A DNA stretch of 64,000 bases from the human T2T-CHM13v2.0 reference genome, Homo sapiens. The translations under genes and the position numbers were made by a program. This document shows, piece after piece, positions 57,048 to 64,000 of this stretch. Where the stretch lies: assembly GCF_009914755.1 (NCBI RefSeq), contig NC_060934.1; one strand, 5' to 3'. Every line of letters starts with the position of its first letter. Position 1 is the stretch's first letter. The notes beneath the pieces were generated by a model, which had not been told where the DNA came from, searched no databases, and worked only from the letters and a program-made list of their open reading frames with translations.

Positions 57048-58732
57048 TGGGTGACTTTTTTTATTGCCTCTCTGAGAAGGTTAAGCCTGCCTCTGAATTA
57101 TTGTCAGGAAAACAGTGTCATCAGGTCAGTTCTCCAGCAAAAAATCTTTCCTCCCAGTTATCGGGAGGAAATGATCTACTTGAATGATACTAAAGATAGA
57201 ATCTGTTGTTTTTGGCGACCTTATGAGCACATTTCAATCCTAATCCAAAGGATTTTCATTGAACTAGTTCACTAATAATCTGGCCAACGAGGAAGACAAA
57301 AAGGGCTGACCCTAAAAAGACAATTCCCATCCAAGCAGAGAGAGAGATGGAGTTACTCACGCCAAGTCAGAAAGTCATTTTCGGGGGCATTTGGAAATCT
57401 TTGGAGTGAACTTCCCGATGCTATGAACATTGTTTGAGACCCTGGAGACACTGCCTGTGTCACTGTGGGTTTCCCAGCTTCCAGCCGGGGAACTCCAGAC
57501 TCCAGCCGGGGACAGCTGGGTGTGGAGGAGCGGATGTGGAGGGAACGCCAGCAGCACAAACAGCAGCTCTCCTCCCGGCCGGCAGACACATGGAAGGACA
57601 GCCTCTTTCAGCCTCATTCAGCCGCGAGCCAGAAATGCTCCAATTGTTCAGAAGACCCTGGGCGACTCAGCACCGGATATGAGCGCACATTCTGCCAGGA
57701 GGACGTTGTCAGGAGCCACGCGTGGCTCATCTGTTTTTGACACAGAGGGGATATTGATGACCAGCCACTGATTTCAGAAGACAGAGAAGGGGTGCTTTCC
57801 TCTCTGGAAGGAGGGGAAACTTCAAAGCAAACAGTGCTCCAAAGAAGAAAGGAATCGGTTGTTCTAGAACTAAAGAAGGGAAATGACAATCCGTCTCTTT
57901 AGACCTTAGAGAAAAAAAAAAAAAAATGAAGAAGGCGGTATATTCCCAGCAGATCAGTAAAAGCTGTAAGGAAAAGTTTTGGCAGACATCCCAGGAATAA
58001 ATATGAGGAAAAGGTTAGAATTCTTCTTTATGATAAAAAGATATTTATTTCCTTGACAAATCCTCAGTGATGAATTCCTTACATAAAAGATGTCCCAGGA
58101 GACCACGGGAAATAATGCCACATTGCAGACTGCAGGATAAACGTGTCATCTCTGGGGACTGTTATAGAGAATTAGATGTGATTTTTAACATGAAAAAATG
58201 CATGCTTGGAGAACTTTTCATCAGGCTTAGAAATTTTAGAAATAAAATAGTTCATTTCAGAGAGCATTGAAATTGAAGCTCTTTGAAAACCAAGCACCTT
58301 TTGATGGTGGCTGGGAGTCTCTGGAAGAGCTTTGCTTTCTGGCTAGATTCCATGGCTCACTGGCACTCGGTGAAGAGTGCAAATGTAATTTAACAGAGAG
58401 AGAGGAGAATGGAAAAAAATAACTGAACATTCATTTTAAAAAATTAGCAGCATCCAGTAAAATACCCAGCTGAAACTATGGTTTGTAAATCCTACAGTTT
58501 CCATTTCTTAGGCTGTGAAATGAGGGAGCTGACCTATCTTCTGGGTCCAAGCTTGTTAGGCTATTGCAATACCAACGTTTGCAGGTTAACTGTGAATTTC
58601 AGTCATCCTCATTCTGTGCTCCCAGCAAAGGAGCACTGCAACAGAGGGCTGGCCCTAAATGGGAACAGAGAAACGCTCGTGGGAAGTGATAGTTATATCT
58701 CTTTTTAGTATTTAAAATTTCATCACAGTCCT

Positions 58733-58850
58733 ACCCAGTCAGGAGGCTGAGGCAGGAGGATCGCTTAAGCCCAGTAGTTTGAGGCTGGAGTGAGCTAGCA
58801 TTGCACCACTGCACTCAGGGCGACAGAGCGAGACCCTGTCTCAAAAAAAA
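58733..58850 (+). mobile_element. 5'-truncated Alu right arm
   Basis: GGAGGCTGAGGCAGGAGGATCGCTT...GACCCTGTCTCAAAAAAAA. Confidence 0.85.
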
Positions 58851-60047
58851 GTTATCATTGGAAAGTCATTCATTTAGGTTATACATTGTCATTTGGTCCT
58901 GGTTCCCTTTAGTGGGCAAATGCTCCTTTATTAGTAACACCTCAGGGGATAAATATAACTGTGTAAATGACTTTGTTTTTATTTCCCCCAAAATAAGAAC
59001 AGAAAGGGATAACGACTCTGTCTCCCTCTCAATTTTGACTCAGGCCAGTCCTGCTCAAACATGTCCAGAACCATCCATTCCCCAGAAAGAGATTTCGCAG
59101 CTCTCCCTGGGCACACGGTCCAGCATAAACAAACCCTGGCACAATCCGACTTTGGCTGCGCCCTGGGGCAGAGCAGAGGCTATGACCAAAATTAAGGCCC
59201 CTGGAATCCTGTCCATTGTTAGACCTAAAAGGAGAGGCCACAGGCCATGGGTAATGGAGGACTTTAAAAGGCCAGGAACAGAGATACAGGGAGGAGAAGG
59301 AGGAAGGACAAAAGAGAAGGGATGAAGACAAAACCGAAAAACGTCGTGTGATTTATATCAGCGCAAGGCAGTGAATTCTGAGCTGAACACAGCCGCCATC
59401 ATGACGCTGACAGAGCCTATCAGCTCCCCTCTCTGTTTGGAGAGATGTCAGATAGCTGGCACTCTCATTGTTACATTAGTTATTAATAAACTCCTTAACA
59501 ATGGGAGGAAGTGCTAGCATTCAGAGAATGGGAGTGTGTCAACAGCTGAGGACTGAATGTGGACGGATCCCAGGCAATGCCAGGCCCATGTTTAGCACAA
59601 CCTGTTTTCTCCCAGAACAGAAAGTGTCAGAGCCAGGGTACAATGACAGACTGCAAGTTTTGTTTCATTTCTCGTTTTTTAAACCCAAGATCCATCACCA
59701 GATTCTTCGCAATCTTGCTGATCACACTGCAGATGACTCAATGGCCATCTCAGTAATCACACAGCCAAATTCCTACTTGAAAACACAACATATCCCTTAG
59801 TTTTACAGAGAATGGGTCGTTTATGGCCCTAGACTTCTAGTCGAGAAGCCAAGATCAGCCTCATCATCTCATTTAAGAAATGCTGCAGTCCCATTTATTC
59901 GTTTCAGTGGTTAATACAACAAGCCACACGTCCCTGCAGCACACTGGGTATTTCCTAAGTGGGTTTGTGCTATTTTCCTTAAAAAGCCTGAGAACAAAAA
60001 CTAACTCTCCTAACTCCCATTGAAATCAGAACTGTTCTCTGATGGCT

Positions 60048-60346
60048 TGGCCAGGTGTGGTGGCTCAAGCCTGTAATCCCAGCATGTTGGGAGGCCGAGG
60101 CAGGCAGCTCACTTGAGCTCAAGAGTTCGAGACCATCCTGGCCAACATCATGAAACCCCATCTCTACTAAAAATACAAAAATTAATTAGCCAAATGTGGT
60201 GGTGGGCAACTGTAGTCCCAGCTGCTCAGGAGGCTGAGGCAGGAGAATCGCAGATAACCCGGGAGGAAGAGGTTGCAGTGAGCCGAGATCATGCCACTGC
60301 ACTCCAGCCTGGGCGACAGAGCAAGACTCCATCTCAAAAAACAAAA
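60048..60346 (+). mobile_element. Alu (AluS)
   Basis: Dimer; CTGTTCTCTGATGGC repeated on both flanks (TSD). Confidence 0.92.
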
Positions 60347-61157
60347 TGAATGAATGAATGAGCTGTTCTCTGATGGCAAATCCCCAAAACAACACTTAGA
60401 ACAAATCTCAGGCTCTGTCTCACTTTCAGACAAGCTATGAATGGGCTGTGTGTCTTCACCTACAAAGATACACCCAGTTATTGTTGCTTTGTTGTTGTTA
60501 TTCCCTTTTTTCTCCCCTCCAACATTTTCTGGAATTTCAAGTAACATGAGATGGGAAGGAAGGAATAAACCCATTCAAGTTCTTTCAACATGGATTTTGG
60601 ATTCTTTTTTTAAAAGACCCTGAACATGTCTTAACCAGATGGTTTGAATTCATAGTTGTTCTCTCAAACTGTACCTGAACTTTCTGCAAATGTGTTACCT
60701 GAAGACTTAGGAGTGAAAGCAACAGAGAGACGCAGCTACAAATGTGGAAGCAATCACTGGGCTGTCACAGGGCAGAGTGAATCCAATGCACCCTGCCTGC
60801 TCCCCCTCCAGTGGTCAATAACAGAGGCACTGAGCACCTGCACAAATGGATTCAGGACGCGGGTTCCACGACTTTCCTCCCATCTGAATGCCACTCAGTG
60901 CTGCATGGGGAGGTGAGAATTTCATTCCTTTTCTTCCAACACAGGCTTACAGCTCTGATTCAGATGGTTCACCACCTCTAAGGGCCTCCACTTAAATACA
61001 GGTCTACGGGGTCTCACAGGGGACAGCTCTGCGTATCACTACTGCGGGATTCAGGGCCCTGATCTCAAGCCTTAACCAATCACTTTAACTACGCTGAAAT
61101 CATCTGCCATTGAGTCATCTGCAGTGTGATGAGCAGGACTGTCAAGAATCTGGTGAC

Positions 61158-61617
61158 AGCATAGCAAAGACTTGGAACCAACCTAAATGTCCAACAACGA
61201 TAGACTGGATTAAGAAAATGCGGCACATATACACCATGGAATACTATGCAGCCATAAAAAATGATGAGTTCATGTCCTTTGTAGGGACATGGATGAAACT
61301 GGAAACCATCATTCTCGGCAAACTATAGCAAGGACAAAAAACCAAACACCGCATGTTCTCACTCATAGGTGGGAATTGAAGAATGAGAACACATGGACAC
61401 AGGAAGGGGAACATCACACACTGGGGACTGTTGTGGGGTGGGGGACAGGGGGAGGGATAGCATTAGGAGATATACCTAATGCTAAATGACGAGTTAATCG
61501 GTGCAGCACACCAACATGGCACATGTATACGTGTGTAACAAACCTGCACCTTGTGCACATGTACCCTAAAACTTAAAGTATAATAATAAAAAAATTAAAA
61601 AATTTACTATTAAAAAA
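61158..61617 (+). mobile_element. 5'-truncated L1PA (about L1PA4-6) 3' end with perfect 14-bp TSD
   Basis: ORF2 C-terminus remnant, G-rich 3' UTR with GCTAAATGACGAG, A tail; TSD AAGAATCTGGTGAC at 61144-61157 and 61618-61631. Confidence 0.94.
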
Positions 61618-61746
61618 AAGAATCTGGTGACGGATCTTGGGTTTAAAAAATAAAAATGAAGCAAAATCTACAGTCAACTATGTTGACTTTTTTATTTGAA
61701 ATGCTAATCCGTGGCTCAGGGCATTGGTAGGTATGGATATTGACTT

Positions 61747-62042
61747 CTTTTTTATTTATTTACTTATTTTAGAGACAGAGTCTCGCTCTGTCTCACAGGC
61801 TGGAATGCAGTGGTGTAATTTCAGCTCACTGCAACCTCTGCCTCCTAGCTAGGCTCAAGTAACTCTCCTGCCTCAGCCTCCCAAGTATCTGGGATTATGG
61901 GTGTGTAATTACACGCCTAGCTAATTTTTATATTTTTGGTAGAGACCGGATTTCATCATGTTGGCCAGGCTAGTCTCGAACTCCTGCCTGCCTTGGCCTC
62001 CCAAAGTGCTGGGATTACAGGCCTGAGCCATTGCACCTGTCC
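61747..62042 (-). mobile_element. Alu
   Basis: Reverse-complement dimer. Confidence 0.9.
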
Positions 62043-62238
62043 TGGCTTCTTTAATAGGTATCAATGACATTCTTCATTTCTTCAGCATCTGAGGCCTCAG
62101 ATACCAAGTACTAGACTTCAGTAGTTTTAAAGGTAATTATGTGTCCTTAAACAGGCAAACCACCTTCAAAGTTACTAATAGTTTAGAAACATTTTACGTC
62201 TTTTTTTTAAATCAATGAGCAGTACACAGACTCTTTGC

Positions 62239-62282
62239 GGGGGGGTGGGGGGGGGGGTGGGGGGTGGGGGGGTGGGGGAGGG
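62239..62282 (+). repeat. G-run tract G7-T-G11-T-G6-T-G7-T-G5-A-G3 (G-quadruplex-forming)
   Basis: Read directly from the sequence. Confidence 0.9.
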
Positions 62283-62610
62283 CTATAACTTTGTAAAATG
62301 CTGTGTATAGTACCTGGCAGAGTTGGGAGCTAGCAGAAATGTTTATACCACAGAAATCTTACAGTGTTGTGACATGGCTCAGACACACCATGATTTGGGT
62401 TTAGATGAGGGTCAGAGAATAATTGAAAGATGACAAGATGGATACTACTGCAGGACACTGACGTGACACAAACTTTAAAGGTCTCATACCAGTGTGACAA
62501 AGGCTTACAATATAATTTGGGAAAAAAAGTACTGGAGACAGATCCTATGGGAGGTATCAGCAAGGCCCAGGGTACCATACACTCTAGGAACATAGAAGAT
62601 TAGAAGATTC

Positions 62611-62920
62611 TTTTTTTTTTTTTTTTTTAAGAGACAGGGTCTCACTCTGTCACCTAGGCTGTTAGTATAGTGATACCATCATAGCTCACTACAGCCTTGA
62701 ACTCCTGGGCTCACGTGATCCTCCAGCCTCAGCCTCCCAAGTAGTGGGAAATACAAGCATGCACCACCATGTCCAGCTATATTAAGAAGATTTTTTTTTT
62801 TTTGGTACAGATGGTGTCTTGCTATGTTGCCAAGGCTGGTCTGGAACTCCTGGCTTCAAGTGATCCTCCCCACCGCCCCAAACCCCTACCCTCCTGAATA
62901 GGCGTGAGCCACTGTGCTGG
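62611..62920 (-). mobile_element. Alu (AluJ-like)
   Basis: Reverse-complement diverged dimer. Confidence 0.88.
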
Positions 62921-63388
62921 GGTGAATATTCCTAAAACACAGCACATGCAGGAGTCTTATTAGTATCCTTCACAATTTAATTCAATTTCAATAACTGTGC
63001 ATCAAACACCTATTGGGTGTTGGGTACTGGGCAAGTATTAGAAAATTCTGAAATGGAGACTAGTTTCTCAAAATGCTTTTAAGGAACAATTATTAGACAC
63101 TATCTAACAAGGAGGTGAAAGAGAGAAAACAGTTGACCCAACTGGACACTGGGTTATACATATCACCTTTTCTGAATGAACATCAGAAAATAAAATCCGG
63201 CAAGTGTAATAAGAGTATTAACAATTAGAGCTCTCCTGGAATTGCAAGCAGCGGGGCTTGTCCCCTTTGTGGGAACACATTCTAGGCAAGAGGGCAGAAA
63301 GGCAGGAAGAAAGGGATGGAGATGAGCCAGCCGCCTAGATCTTCAGGCCAAGGCTAGATTTCCCCATTGCAAGGGATGTGGAATCAGC

Positions 63389-63407
63389 CCCTTCCAGATG
63401 GCGCTGC
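63389..63407 (+). promoter_or_regulatory. Candidate CTCF motif
   Basis: CCCTTCCAGATGGCGCTGC resembles CCACCAGATGGCGC. Confidence 0.45.
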
Positions 63408-64000
63408 CAATGCTTTCATCACGGGAAAGCTTTATCCTCCTGGTGCAAGGAAACACAGGCAGCCGTCAGCCATCCCAGCGGGAGGGAGAACAAGATCTAG
63501 GGGTGCTAGAAATTCCCTTTGTTCCCTGATGGAATGTTTCCTGTTTGCAGTGCGTCCCCCCACTGTCTTGGCCCTCCTAAGTCACAGGAGGTGGGTGTGG
63601 GGCACCCCAAGGAGCCTCCACCCTGGCACTAAAGGATGTTTTTCAGGCTCAAACTTGCAGGGCTGGTAAGAGTGGGACCTGCCCTCGGGTTGAGTCATGG
63701 GGCTTTCTCACCTTCTCACCAGGGTTTCTTCTTGCTCAGCTGTGCAGCTGCAGAAAGGGCTGAGGGCACTGAAGCTGACAATGGGAGCCGCTCTGCAAGT
63801 GGCCCCAGCTGCTACTACTAACTCCTAATCACCTCAGCCTGGGGCCCCAGCGCTGAATGATAAAGCATTTGAAGATCGCTTCATTGTATTGGTATACCGA
63901 TGCTTATCTATTAGGTGTACAGATGGATTAAGCAGGAAGGTTTTCTTAGGATTTCTCTTCTAGCCCACCAGATTGATTAGCAAAGTCCAGCCTGTGGGGA

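Noticed and set aside
57666-57685. REST/RE1-like CTCAGCACCGGATA
   Set aside because: Lacks the 2-nt spacer and a proper GGACAG half-site
58801-59325. 174-aa + strand ORF
   Set aside because: Starts at TTG inside an Alu fragment; no recognisable domain

Overview
Human (primate) genomic DNA, recognised from the spliced protein sequences as the tail-to-tail PRPF18/FRMD4A locus (10p13). The + strand carries the canonical last coding exon of the splicing factor PRPF18 (3282-3362, [26 protein letters not shown]). The - strand carries the last nine coding exons of FRMD4A (48056 down to 24924; 2003 nt of CDS, every junction GT-AG and phase-consistent), a 4.9-kb intron starting 2 nt after the stop codon, and a ~3.3-kb non-coding last exon ending near 16730. 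The rest is intron or intergenic sequence rich in Alu, L1, L2, MIR, LTR and DNA-transposon relics, with a CpG island over the 887-nt FRMD4A exon. There is no prokaryote-type system (CRISPR, operon, rRNA/tRNA). The most interesting signals are: (1) well-formed + strand exons downstream of PRPF18, including a candidate poison exon (5582-5847) and a candidate alternative terminal exon (27110-~28950) that would give PRPF18 a new basic C-terminus and run antisense across the FRMD4A 3' end; (2) a frame-preserving 117-nt Alu cryptic exon directly behind a (UG)30-U37 tract; (3) an unexplained ~200-bp local duplication next to a 4x TGACATCA array; (4) an Alu fragment apparently copied from a neighbouring Alu; (5) two strong G-quadruplex candidates. 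These are sequence-based hypotheses, and some may already be annotated. Repeat subfamily calls and boundaries were made by eye and are approximate.
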